Origin: Desulfobacterales bacterium
GTDB lineage: Bacteria; Desulfobacterota; Desulfobacteria; Desulfobacterales; UBA2174
Reading direction: 5' to 3'
Length of the DNA stretch: 64,000 nt
Assembly (NCBI GenBank): GCA_963668645.2
Contig: CAXXWC010000021.1
Span: 1,472,001 to 1,536,000, forward strand
In this document: positions 29,202 through 39,396 of the stretch, one piece after another
Position numbering within the stretch: the stretch's first letter is position 1
Layout of the letters: the number at the start of each line of letters is the position of its first letter
Notes under the pieces: model-generated
Databases searched by the model: none
The model's input: the letters and a program-made list of their open reading frames with translations, nothing else
Told to the model about the DNA's origin: nothing
Position numbers and translations under genes: made by a program

Positions 29202-30895
29202 CACGGTGAATTTGTTCTATGCCCGTGTTGCAGTCGGCCGGCAGTTGTCAGTCATGGCCAGATAGTCGAAGACCAAGCGGACGTTGCGAGCCAGTTGGCG
29301 CATTTTTTGCGCCACGCTGCGCACACCTTTTCTTTTGTCCGTGCATCGGCGTTCGATGACAAAAGCTTGTTGGACGTGAGGAAAGTCGAGAAACTCGTTG
29401 AGTTCGGTGGTGGTCCAGATCTTGCGCTCTTCGATGCGGCCGTGGTCGGGCGGGTCGCAAAGGATGAAATCGGGTTGGCCGCGGTCTTTGAAGTACAGAC
29501 CGATGTCGTCGAACAGTCCGGGCTGGTTGTTTTTGACGGTGAAGTGGTAGTGGGCGCCGCGCTGCTCGACGATGTATTCGGCGAACTTTCTCTGTGTCAG
29601 CAGGGCATCGGCGGTGATGTCTTTGTTTTCGATCTTGATGGCATCGAGCAGGGGCTGGGCGGTCTTGATTTCGTTGGTGCGCTTGACCTTTTGGTCGTCT
29701 ACGGCCAGGTTGCCGACTTTTTTTGGGTGTAGCAGGCACTGGTGGTATGGCCGACAACGCTCATGATGTGGGTCTGATAGCCTTGATCGTCAATGGCGTT
29801 GCACATGGTTTTGCCATCGATGGCCAGGCATTGGTCGCAGCCGGCGTGGATGCTGTTCCATTTTTGCAGGGCGTCGTCGAGGCGTGCCGGATCGACCCGG
29901 ATGAGCACATCGCGGATGATCGACAGACTCGGCACGCTGTAGTGGCCGTTTCGGTAGCGGCATTGGAAGCGCCGGCGTGCTTTTTGTCCGAGGCTGTTGG
30001 CCCAATCGGAGATGGCCTGGTAGCCGCGCATGCCACACAGGGTTGCTGCGGCGGCGATGGCCAAAACGGTTGCCAGACGATGGCGTCGGCCTTGGGGGCG
30101 TCGCGGATCGGGGATGTCGGCGAAAAATCGGGGCAAAGATTGCATATGTTGAGCCGGCAGCATGATTTTAGGATCTCCTGTTTGATAAAGCGGTGGCAGC
30201 ATGGTCTGTGACAAGAGGGTTTGCGCATCGGGGCGCAACGGTTTGACAAAAACCATTTTGGGTGAGTCGGCCGTGTCGCTGTATCCTTTGGCGTGCCGAT
30301 GAAAGCCTTTGGAGTTTCCGACCGCAGTCCAGTTGTCGGCTTTATAGATGGTTCCCTTGAAGCGCGCGGGATCGACGAAGGTTTCGAGCAACAGCACGGG
30401 ATGTCCGAAAGCGGCTTGCCAGTCGGCGGGCAGTCTTTTTCGGCACAAGGCCAGGATGCGCGAGGCCAGGTTTGGCAGATGCCAGTCGGGCAGGATCAGA
30501 AAACGGCTGTTGTTGGTCAACAAATTGAGCCGATCGAACTGATGATTAAAGGGCCAACCGATCCACTGATCGCGAGCAGCACATTTGAGGACGGGAGCGG
30601 AAAAGCTGACCAAGCCGACCCATTGATCACCGATACAGACCGCATATCGCAGGGTTTCACCGATTTTGGGCAAGGCGCTCAAGTAATGATGCCGGTGCAT
30701 CAAGCTCTGGAAGCGCTGATCTTGATTCCGGCGAACTAACCGAACAACGACTTGTTTGAGATACAACACATCGCCCCCCATTAACGAAAGATGACCTGCC
30801 GGGGAGCTATATAACTGAATATCAAGGGGTTGTCCAGATGTTTTGATAACCACTTGGAGTTTAATGGCTTATCGAATCAGCACGAAATCACCATG
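29202..30895 (-). mobile_element. ISAs1-family IS with DUF4338 fusion, copy 2, with a 228-bp internal deletion
   Basis: Same IRs as copy 1; 10-bp TSD CGCAAGGACT at 29192-29201 and 30896-30905. Confidence 0.92.
29217..30781 (-). pseudogene. DUF4338-ISAs1 transposase, in-frame deletion removes the HWCIEN catalytic segment
   Basis: Near-identical to copy 1; same slippery site near 29717-29724; junction at 29330/29331. Confidence 0.85.
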
Positions 30896-31036
30896 CGCAA
30901 GGACTGCGGCAGCCTCGACAAAAACGCCCGTCTCGTGCATCATGAGAAGCAGACCAATCCGGTTTACGATGTATTGCGGGTGGTTGAAATATTCCAACGG
31001 CGGGTTCTACCAGGCACCCGCAGGAGGTCAAGGGGC

Positions 31037-31669
31037 ATGGAACAGCTTGCTCACATCACCAACGTCATCGCCCTGACCATGGGCGCTGCCTGGGCCGCGG
31101 GCATCAACCTCTATGCGGCCATCGCCACCTTGGGGATTCTGGGCCTCACCGGCGGTATCGTTCTGCCACCGGACCTTCAGATCCTAGCCCACCCCCTGGT
31201 GGTGGGTGCGGCCTGCTTCATGTTCGCCGTGGAGTTCGTGGCCGACAAGACCCCCGGGGTGGACACGGGCTGGGATGCGATCCACACCTTCATCCGCATC
31301 CCGGCCGGTGCCCTGCTGGCCGCCGGGGCCGTGGGCGAGCTCAACCCGGCCGTCGTCCTGGCCGCAGCCATCCTGGGCGGCACCTTGGCCGCCGGCACCC
31401 ACGGCCTCAAAACCGGCTCGCGGATTCTGATCAACACTTCACCCGAACCGTTCACCAACTGGGTCGTCTCCATGGCCGAAGACCTCCTGGTGATCGGCGG
31501 GATCTGGACGGCCGTCAACCACCCCTGGCTCTTTCTTGGCCTGTTGATCCTTTTCATCCTGCTGATGATCTGGCTGCTGCCGAAGCTGTGGCGCGGCATC
31601 CGCATGCTGGCCGCCAAGATCCAGCAATGGTTCACGCGCAAGCCGGCGGTCCCGCCGCCGGTGGGCTGA
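31037..31669 (+). CDS. DUF4126 family membrane protein
   Basis: AWAAGINLYA, VEFVADKTPGVDTGWDAIHTFIRIPAGA, INTSPEPFTNW. Confidence 0.85.
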   Translation: MEQLAHITNVIALTMGAAWAAGINLYAAIATLGILGLTGGIVLPPDLQILAHPLVVGAACFMFAVEFVADKTPGVDTGWDAIHTFIRIPAGALLAAGAVGELNPAVVLAAAILGGTLAAGTHGLKTGSRILINTSPEPFTNWVVSMAEDLLVIGGIWTAVNHPWLFLGLLILFILLMIWLLPKLWRGIRMLAAKIQQWFTRKPAVPPPVG

Positions 31670-31693
31670 GCCGGATCAAACCGGTCGGCATAC

Positions 31694-33520
31694 TCACCGG
31701 TAAAGAGATTCGATGGTCTGGTCGAAGTGCTGGTTGATCGCCTTGCGCTTTATCTTCAGCGTGGGCGTGATCTCGCCGTTGTCGATGGTGAAAGGCTCGG
31801 CGAGCAGGGCGAACTTGACGATGCGCTCATAGCTGGCCAACTCCCCGGAATGCTGCTCAATCCGTTTTTCGAAAAAGCGCACGATCTGCGGATTTGCGAT
31901 CAGCTCTTGCCGGTCGCCGAAGACGATACCCTCTTTGCGGGCATATTCTTCCAGGGCGACGAATTCAGGCACGATCAGGGCCGACACATACTTGCGCCTG
32001 TCGGCGACCACGGTGATCTGCTCGATGTAAAGATCGGCACCGATCATGGCCTCGATGTGCTGGGGGGCGACATATTTCCCACCCGAAGTCTTCATCAGGT
32101 CCTTGATCCGGTCGGTGATGCGCAGTTCGCCGTTGGACTCGAAGCGACCGGTGTCGCCGGTCTTGAACCAACCGTCCTCGAAAACGGCCGCGGTTTCCTC
32201 GGGATTCTTGTAGTAGCCTTTCATCACGATCGGCCCGCGCACCAGGACTTCGTCGTTCCTGCCGATCCTGACCGCCACCCCGGGCATGGGCTTGCCCACC
32301 AACCCGAACCGGTAACCGCTCGCCTCGTGGCAGGTGACAGTGGCCGTGGTCTCGCTCAGGCCGTAGCCGTACCAGATGAAAAGGCCTGCGGCATGGAAAA
32401 AGGCCTCGATCTCCTCTCCCAGCGGAGCACCGGCGCAAGGGAAGAAACGGACCCGGCCGCCCACGATGGCGCGCAGCTTGCTGAGCACCAGCCGATCGGC
32501 CAAGGCGTACTTAAGCGCCAGGGCCCGGGAGACGGGCACTTGATCCTTGAGACGGCCGTTGCGCTCCCGGCCCACGTCGATGGCCCAGGCAAAAAGTTTG
32601 CGTTTGGCCGGGGAAGCCGACTCCAAACGTTGCATGATCGTGGCGTAGATCTTCTCGTAAAAGCGCGGTACCGCGCACATGATGGTCGGCTTGGCCTCCT
32701 GGATGAAGTCGACGATCTGCCGGGGATCCTCCAGATAGGTATTAACCACCCCCTTGTAGAGGAGATAATAAGTCCAGGTCCGCTCGAAAACATGTGACAG
32801 GGGCAGAAAGCAGAGCGACTCGTCGTCCGGACCGATTGGAAGCAACCGCCGGTCGTGGGAAACGGCAGTGAAAAGCACGTTGGCGTGGGTCAGCATGACC
32901 CCCTTGGGTTCACCGGTAGTACCTGACGTGTAAATCAGGGTGAGCAGGTCCTCGCTGGAAGCGCGCTCCAGGCGTCTTTCGATCTCCCGGTCCAGCTCCG
33001 CATCTTCGGTGCGGCGCAAAAAGTCCGGCCAGGATATGGCCCCGGGCAGGCCCTTCAGGTCGATGGCCTCGTCCATGGCGATGATGTACCGCAGCGGTCC
33101 GCCGTTTTGCAGCAGGGGTGCGGCCTTGTCGAACTGCTCCTGGGCACCGGCGAAAAGAATCCGGGCTCCGGAATGGTTGACAATGTACGCGGCCTGCCTG
33201 GGGGTACTGGTGGGATAAATGTAGACCGGCACGGCCCGGATGCTCAGGGCCGCCACATCGGCGATGGTGCACTCGGGCTTGTTGGGCGAAAAGATGCCGA
33301 CCATCTCGGCCTCTTCGACCCCCAAATCAATCAGTCCTCGGGCAACCGCCTGCATCCTGCGGCCAAGTTCGTTCCAGTCGATTTCGATCCACCGACCGTT
33401 ACGGCGCGCGCGCATGGCGGTCCTGGGGCCAAAACGCCGGATGTTTTGACGCACCAAAACCGCCAAATTGTTTGCAGTGGGGATCTCTAAAGGATTCTCC
33501 GGCAGGGCGGAAGCATTCAT
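31694..33520 (-). CDS. Long-chain fatty acid-CoA ligase (FAA1-like AMP-dependent synthetase)
   Basis: IYTSGTTGEPKG, GYGLSET, WFKTGD, RIKDLMKTSGGKYVAP, TPTLKIKR; GGAG RBS before ATG at 33520. Confidence 0.92.
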   Translation of the reverse strand: MNASALPENPLEIPTANNLAVLVRQNIRRFGPRTAMRARRNGRWIEIDWNELGRRMQAVARGLIDLGVEEAEMVGIFSPNKPECTIADVAALSIRAVPVYIYPTSTPRQAAYIVNHSGARILFAGAQEQFDKAAPLLQNGGPLRYIIAMDEAIDLKGLPGAISWPDFLRRTEDAELDREIERRLERASSEDLLTLIYTSGTTGEPKGVMLTHANVLFTAVSHDRRLLPIGPDDESLCFLPLSHVFERTWTYYLLYKGVVNTYLEDPRQIVDFIQEAKPTIMCAVPRFYEKIYATIMQRLESASPAKRKLFAWAIDVGRERNGRLKDQVPVSRALALKYALADRLVLSKLRAIVGGRVRFFPCAGAPLGEEIEAFFHAAGLFIWYGYGLSETTATVTCHEASGYRFGLVGKPMPGVAVRIGRNDEVLVRGPIVMKGYYKNPEETAAVFEDGWFKTGDTGRFESNGELRITDRIKDLMKTSGGKYVAPQHIEAMIGADLYIEQITVVADRRKYVSALIVPEFVALEEYARKEGIVFGDRQELIANPQIVRFFEKRIEQHSGELASYERIVKFALLAEPFTIDNGEITPTLKIKRKAINQHFDQTIESLYR

Positions 33521-33807
33521 TATAGCTGCTCCGTTGTTTAGCGGTAAAAACCCCTGGCCTCCGCCCTTCCCCATCCGGCACCGCGGCCGAGAGCCTTAGC
33601 GCCGAGGGGATGGCGGGCGCCGGGCCGGTCGAGAGCTCGAAAAGCGCTCGACAGCCCAAGTAAAAGCTAAAGATAGCCGAAACGCAAAAGCCCGGCAAGC
33701 GCTATCAACAGAAAAGCGGGCGATCATGGCATGAGGATCGAGGCGCCATGGGAAAAGCGGGTTCGTCGGTGTTCCCTCGCCGGCAATGTTGCTGTATCCG
33801 AGCGGGC

Positions 33808-35466
33808 TTATGGCTGGGCCTGGCGAAGCTCCTTGCGCAGGATCTTGCCCACGGCGCTTTTGGGCAGTTCCCCGATGAAAACGATCCGCTTGGGCACTTT
33901 GTAGGCCGCCAGCTTTTCCTTGCAAAAGGCGATCACCTCGGCCTCGGTGAGGGTCTGGCCTGCCTTGACCACGATGAACGACTTGACGGTCTCACCCCGG
34001 TAAGGATCTGGGACGCCGATGGTGCAGGCCTCGAGGATTTTCGGATGGCTGAACAGGATGTCGTCGATCTCGTTGGGATAAACGTTGTAACCGCTGGCCA
34101 CGATCATGTCCTTTTTGCGGTCCACGATGGAAAGGAATCCGTCTTCGTCGAGGATGCCGATGTCGCCGGTGTGCAGCCATCCGTCGCGCAGGGCCTTTTC
34201 GGTCTCGTCGGGCCGCTTGTGATAACCGGCCATGATCTGGGGCCCCTTGAAACAGATTTCCCCCGGCTCCCCCAGCGCCACCTCAGTGATGCCGGTTTCC
34301 AGATCGACCAGCTTCAGGTCGGTATCCGGCAGCGGCACGCCCACCGTCCCGGGCTTTTTGATCCCTTTCCAGGGACTGGCGGTGGCCATGGGGGTCATTT
34401 CGGTCAGGCCGTAGACGTTGACCATGGCCCCGCCGGTGAGCTTTTCCAGTTGATGGATCACCTCCATGGGCAAAGGCGCGGCCCCGGCCACAAACCCTTT
34501 GATGAAACCGAGATCCATCTTGGCAAAACGCTCGTCAGCCAGCAGGCCCACGTAGATGGTCGGCACCCCGGGGACCAGGGTCGGCTTGGACTTTTGCAAG
34601 ATTTCGATGATCGCTGCAGGTTCGGGGCGCGGCACCAGCACGTCGGTCCAGGCGCTCATCACGCACATGTTCTGGACCCCGGTGAACCCGGCCGAATGGA
34701 AAAAGGGGAAAACGGCCAGTTCGCGCTCCTCGCCGTCTTTGAGACTGTAAAACCAGTGGCGCAACTGCTGGGTGTTGTAGCTCATGTTGCGGTGGGTAAT
34801 CATGGCCCCCTTGCTCACCCCTGTAGTGCCGCCGGTGTAAAGGTGGGCTCCCACGGCGTCCAGTTCGGCCCGGTTTTCCAGGGGGCCTTCATCGCGGCGT
34901 GTCATCAGCTCGGTGAAGGCAACGGTGTCCGGCCGCTTATCGATCTTGCGGTACATCTGCTTTTTGACCAAGGGGAAAAGCTGCTTTTTGGGGAAAGGCA
35001 GATAGTCGTTGATATGGCAGGCCACGATCTTTTCCACCGGCGTTGTCCGGCGCAGTTTGACCGCCCGCGGCTGGAGCAGATCGAGGGTTATCAGAATCCG
35101 GGCGTCGGAGAGATTCAACTGGTGGTCCAGCTCCCGCTCGGTGTAGAGCGGATTGTTCAGGGCGGTCACCGCGCCGATGCGCCAGGCAGCATAATTGGCG
35201 ATCACGAGTTGAGGAATATTGGGCAGAAGCATGGCCACGGTGTCCCCCTTGCGGATGCCCAATTCCGACAAAGCGCGGGCGAAACGGTTCACCAGCCGTT
35301 CCAATTCGCAGTAACGGATGATCTTGCCCATGAAATCCAAGGCCGCATGATCCGGATAACGCTCGGCGCTGCGGGTCAGAAACTCCGGCATGGTCAGATC
35401 GGTATAATCGAGTCGGGCCGGCACCTCGGGTGGGTACTGCCGGTGCCAGATACGGTCGAAACCCAT
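33808..35466 (-). CDS. Long-chain fatty acid-CoA ligase (FadD/LcfA-like)
   Basis: YTGGTTGVSKG, YGLTE, WLHTGD, DRKKDMI, LPKSAVGKILR. Confidence 0.92.
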   Translation of the reverse strand: MGFDRIWHRQYPPEVPARLDYTDLTMPEFLTRSAERYPDHAALDFMGKIIRYCELERLVNRFARALSELGIRKGDTVAMLLPNIPQLVIANYAAWRIGAVTALNNPLYTERELDHQLNLSDARILITLDLLQPRAVKLRRTTPVEKIVACHINDYLPFPKKQLFPLVKKQMYRKIDKRPDTVAFTELMTRRDEGPLENRAELDAVGAHLYTGGTTGVSKGAMITHRNMSYNTQQLRHWFYSLKDGEERELAVFPFFHSAGFTGVQNMCVMSAWTDVLVPRPEPAAIIEILQKSKPTLVPGVPTIYVGLLADERFAKMDLGFIKGFVAGAAPLPMEVIHQLEKLTGGAMVNVYGLTEMTPMATASPWKGIKKPGTVGVPLPDTDLKLVDLETGITEVALGEPGEICFKGPQIMAGYHKRPDETEKALRDGWLHTGDIGILDEDGFLSIVDRKKDMIVASGYNVYPNEIDDILFSHPKILEACTIGVPDPYRGETVKSFIVVKAGQTLTEAEVIAFCKEKLAAYKVPKRIVFIGELPKSAVGKILRKELRQAQP

Positions 35467-35768
35467 GGGCGCCTCCGTAGGTAGCAGGTTATGGTGCAGA
35501 AAATGTTTTACTCGGGAAAGGGCACACTACGGCGGGTTGACGGAAGAGTCAATAATCAATTGAACGTTCGTCATAATAAGATCAATGTTTTGATAGATTT
35601 CCGCATCGAGGCGTCATGGCACGCCGCAGCGCGCAGCCGGCCGGTGATAGCCGCTCAATGCACAAGAATCAGCCCAAGGGTTGTCAGCGTCTCGCGTATG
35701 CCCTATAAATCGGCCGGACCCGAAAACACCGCCGAAAAACTTAACCCGCCAACCGGAGGAATATCCCC

Positions 35769-36446
35769 ATGCAGAAAAAACTCATTGCCCCGTCTATCCT
35801 CTCGGCCGACTTCGCCCGCCTGGGCGAGGAGATCAAGGCCGTGCAAGCCGCCGGGGCGGACTGGATCCACGTGGATGTCATGGACGGCCACTTCGTGCCC
35901 AACATCACCATCGGCCCCCTGGTGGTCGAAGCGGCCCGCCGGTCCACCGATCTACCCCTGGACGTGCACCTGATGATCAGTGCCCCGGAACGCTACGTAG
36001 AGGATTTTGTCCGCGCCGGGGCGGATCTGGTCACCGTCCAGGTGGAGGCCTGTGTGCATCTAAACCGCACTTTGCAGATGATCCGGGCCGCCGGGGTGCG
36101 CTGCGGTGCGGTGCTCAACCCGGCCACGCCTCTGGAAAGTCTCGAATGGGTGATCGAAGACCTCGATCTGGTGATGCTGATGAGCGTCAATCCGGGCTTC
36201 GGGGGCCAGTCGTTCATCCCCAGCACACTGGAGCGCATCCGCCGGGTGCGCGAGATGATTGACCGTCGCGGCCTTGCCACCCTCATCGAGGTGGACGGCG
36301 GGGTCAACGCCGGCACTATCGAATCGATCGCTGCGGCCGGCGCCGATGTCTTTGTGGCGGGGTCGGCCATCTTCGGCAGCCCGGATTATGCGGCCACCAT
36401 CTCTGCCCTGCACGAAAAAATCGCGGCGGCAACGGGCCGGGACTGA
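35769..36446 (+). CDS. rpe: Ribulose-phosphate 3-epimerase
   Basis: IAPSILSADF, HVDVMDGHFVPN, DVHLM, MSVNPGFGGQ, EVDGG. Confidence 0.97.
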   Translation: MQKKLIAPSILSADFARLGEEIKAVQAAGADWIHVDVMDGHFVPNITIGPLVVEAARRSTDLPLDVHLMISAPERYVEDFVRAGADLVTVQVEACVHLNRTLQMIRAAGVRCGAVLNPATPLESLEWVIEDLDLVMLMSVNPGFGGQSFIPSTLERIRRVREMIDRRGLATLIEVDGGVNAGTIESIAAAGADVFVAGSAIFGSPDYAATISALHEKIAAATGRD

Positions 36447-36477
36447 TGCACCCGGCGCGGGATTGCGGTAATCGCAT

Positions 36478-36954
36478 ATGCCCCTTTTCCAAGATGATAC
36501 CTTCCGGCGCAGGGCGGTAGCCCAAGCCCTGGCTATCCTGGCACGGCGTGACCACACCGAGGCCGAACTGATCCGCAAGCTCGGCCAAAAGGGTTTTGAC
36601 CAGGTCACCTGCGCGGCAGCCGTGGCCCGCTGCCGCGAGTTGGGATACCTCGACGACGACCGCACGGCCCGCATGATGGTTGCGGTCTTGCGCCGCCGCG
36701 GTATGGGAGTCCATCGCATCAGATCCGAGCTGCGCAGCAAAGGAGTGCCCCAGCCCACCATCGAAAGCCTGACCGCCCCTGAAGATGAACCTGCCAGGGC
36801 ACTGGAAACGGCCCGGGCGGCCATCGAGCGCAAACGTCCTACCTTTGAACGCGAGTCCGACCCGGCCAAGCGCCGGGCCAAGATCTATCGCTTCCTGCTG
36901 TCGCGCGGCTTCAGCACAGACATCGCACGCCGCCTGGCCGAAGAAGGGTCATAA
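36478..36954 (+). CDS. recX: Regulatory protein RecX
   Basis: LARRDHTEAELIRKL, GYLDD, RIRSELRSKGV, RFLLSRGFS. Confidence 0.9.
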   Translation: MPLFQDDTFRRRAVAQALAILARRDHTEAELIRKLGQKGFDQVTCAAAVARCRELGYLDDDRTARMMVAVLRRRGMGVHRIRSELRSKGVPQPTIESLTAPEDEPARALETARAAIERKRPTFERESDPAKRRAKIYRFLLSRGFSTDIARRLAEEGS

Positions 36955-37024
36955 CACAGTTATCGATTGACAAAACGGTCGCATCCAATTATGAGTAGTT
37001 TATCTGCTCATAATTGGAGCGCCC

Positions 37025-37579
37025 ATGAATACCCTGCTGTCCGGCCTCATCGGGTCCAAGACCCGCATCAAACTGCTGATTCGGTTGTTTCTCAACCCGC
37101 TGGCCGAATCCTACCTGCGCGAACTGGCCGGCGAATTTGCCGTCTCGACCAACGCGGTGCGCGAAGAACTCAACCAGCTCACCAACACCGAGCTTCTGCG
37201 CAGCCGGCGCAACGGGCGCCAGGTCCTCTACTCGGCGAACCCGGACCACCCTCTTTTCCCGGAACTGATCTCCATGGTGCGCAAGGTGGTGGGCATCGAC
37301 CAGGTGATCGAGAGCATCGTCACCCGCCTGGGCGACCTGGAAAAGGCCTATCTCATCGACGACTACGCCCAGGGCAAGGACAGCGGCATCATCGACCTGG
37401 TTCTGGTGGGCGACATCGACGCCTACCATCTCAACGACCTGACGCGCAAAACCGAGCGCTACATCAAACGTAAGATCCGCTCGATGACCGTCACCGGCAA
37501 GGAGTTCGACGGCTTCGCGGCCACTTTGGAAGCCCGCCCCCATGTGCTGCTCTGGGAGGCCAACGGGAAACAAGTTTAA
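37025..37579 (+). CDS. ArsR-like winged-helix protein with C-terminal nucleotidyltransferase-like domain
   Basis: GSKTRIKLL...YLRELA...NAVREELNQL wHTH; DYAQGKDSGIIDLVLVG. Confidence 0.75.
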   Translation: MNTLLSGLIGSKTRIKLLIRLFLNPLAESYLRELAGEFAVSTNAVREELNQLTNTELLRSRRNGRQVLYSANPDHPLFPELISMVRKVVGIDQVIESIVTRLGDLEKAYLIDDYAQGKDSGIIDLVLVGDIDAYHLNDLTRKTERYIKRKIRSMTVTGKEFDGFAATLEARPHVLLWEANGKQV

Positions 37580-37845
37580 AATGTTTTTTCTTTAATATTA
37601 ATGTGTTGTAGTCGCTTTGAGGATGTAAGCGAAGCGGCGGAGCCGTATGTTGGGGATAGGGGTGCTTGCATCGTGCAGGGCAAGCGAAAAGGCTTGCAGG
37701 AATTCCCCCGCCAAAAGAGGCGAATTAGCGCTATTATTTCCTTTGAATACGGAAAATAGGCAGATGCATGGCTTACGCTGGACAGAAATAGTGCATGTGG
37801 CTACATATAGAATCAATGGGGCCACATGCAAAGGGAGACGCAGCC

Positions 37846-38124
37846 ATGATCCATGCGGGGATCAGAGAGGTCAAGAACAACCTGAGTCGCCTTCTCGTAA
37901 AGGTCAAAGCCGGCCAGGAAATCGTGATTACCGAAAGAGGAAGGGCGATTGCGCGTATCGTCAAGGAGTTTCCCCTCGCCGACGATGTCCGCGCGACCTT
38001 ATCACCGTTGATTGAGAGCGGATTGATCGTCTGGCCGCATCGTACACTTCTGAAAGATGACATTTCCCCAGTGAATTCAAAAGGAAAACCGGCATCGGAA
38101 ATGATCTCTGAAGACCGGCGCTGA
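37846..38124 (+). CDS. Phd/YefM family antitoxin
   Basis: GIREVKNNLSRLLVKVKAGQEIVITERGRAIARI; GGGAG RBS. Confidence 0.88.
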   Translation: MIHAGIREVKNNLSRLLVKVKAGQEIVITERGRAIARIVKEFPLADDVRATLSPLIESGLIVWPHRTLLKDDISPVNSKGKPASEMISEDRR

Positions 38125-38131
38125 TCGTACG

Positions 38132-38560
38132 ATGACTCTGTATCTGGACACGAGTGCATTGGTAAAGCGCTACTTCTTGTAGGAATCTTCCGGCGACGTC
38201 ATCGCCATCTGGCGGTCGGCCGCTCAGGTCGTCACCTCTTTTGTGGCTTACAGCGAGGCGATGGAATGCATCTTCCGCAAACAGAGTGAAGGCGGCCTGG
38301 CGCCGGATACGACAAACGCGATCGTTACCCGGTTTAAAATCGACTGGGAAAGTTTTACCCGAGTGAAGGTGAATGCGGATCTTTGCGGGCATATCGACAA
38401 AGCCCTCGAAGGATATCCCCTCAGGGACTTTGATGCCATCCATCTCGCCTCGGCGCTGGTGATCCAAAAGCGCCTGCCCCACCATTTCATCTTCGCCTGT
38501 TTTGACGACCGGTTCCGCCATGCGGCGGCCTCTGAAGGGCTCGAAACCTTCCCGAAGGCC
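38132..38560 (+). pseudogene. VapC PIN-domain toxin with in-frame TAG at codon 17
   Basis: MTLYLDTSALVKRYFL*ESS...AYSEA...LRDFDAIHLASA...FACFDDRFRHAAASEGL; TAG at 38180-38182; frame runs on without its own stop. Confidence 0.85.
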
Positions 38561-38623
38561 TTAAGGAACGAACTTGACCACTCTCCTCGGCGAAAACGAT
38601 CCCAACGCTCCCCGGAGCCCCCG

Positions 38624-39107
38624 ATGAACAAAACGCAAGTCCTCGAACAGGTGTTCATGGGAGAAGACTCCCGCAATCAATTCAAAGCGGTCATCGAAAG
38701 CCAGGACATCCTGGCCGCCGGACTCTGTGCTTTGGGCAACACCGACGGCGGCCGGCTATTCATCGGGGTCGATGACCACCGTAAGATCTAAGGTGTTTCC
38801 GATCAGGACCTCACCAGACTCGACCAACATGATCGATTTGTTCGACGACCGGGTCGAGATCGTCAGCCCAGGTAAGCTGCCAAATACGGTCAACGAGACC
38901 AATATCCGTTTTGGCGTGCATATCGAGAGAAACCCAATCATTCTGACTTTCATGTAGAAGATGAAAGACTTCCGTTATACCGGCCGCGGATCGGGCGTCC
39001 TGTGCATGATCAAGGCCTGCCGGGAGACCCAAACGGCGATCAGGTTCATCGACGACGCTCGAAGCGAGCGTTTCACCGTGCGTTTCGAGAGACCCACATC
39101 AAAATGA
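38624..39107 (+). pseudogene. AlbA_2 (Schlafen) / HATPase_c_4 ATP-binding protein remnant
   Basis: GEDSRNQFK...NTDGGRLFIGVDD then FDDRVEIVSPGKLP...RNPII...GRGSGV; large internal deletion and two stops. Confidence 0.75.
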
Positions 39108-39396
39108 AACGTTAGAAAACAAAGATTCTGGCGCTTGCCTCGAAAGTTCTTGGCCGTTTTCACGTGCTCTTTGTGTATCTTTACGGCAGTCGGGCCTCTG
39201 GTGGGGTGTATCTGTTCAGCGATGTGGCCTCTGTCAACTGTAAATCCGTCATCAATGCCTGTTACCGAGAATGCGCTGCCAGCCAACAGCGCGCCGACTA
39301 AGCTGCAGGCCTTTTTAGGTGTCTGAGGAAACAACTGAATAAAATTTTTATCGCAAAACGATTTTTAACATTTCTGTCAATCTTTAGTTGGTAGGG

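Noticed and set aside
23073..30895. Composite transposon carrying tetR and the acyl-CoA dehydrogenase
   Set aside because: Each ISAs1 copy has its own distinct 10-bp TSD, so they are independent insertions.
36478..36954. recX not adjacent to recA
   Set aside because: Unlinked recX occurs in many bacteria; not informative alone.
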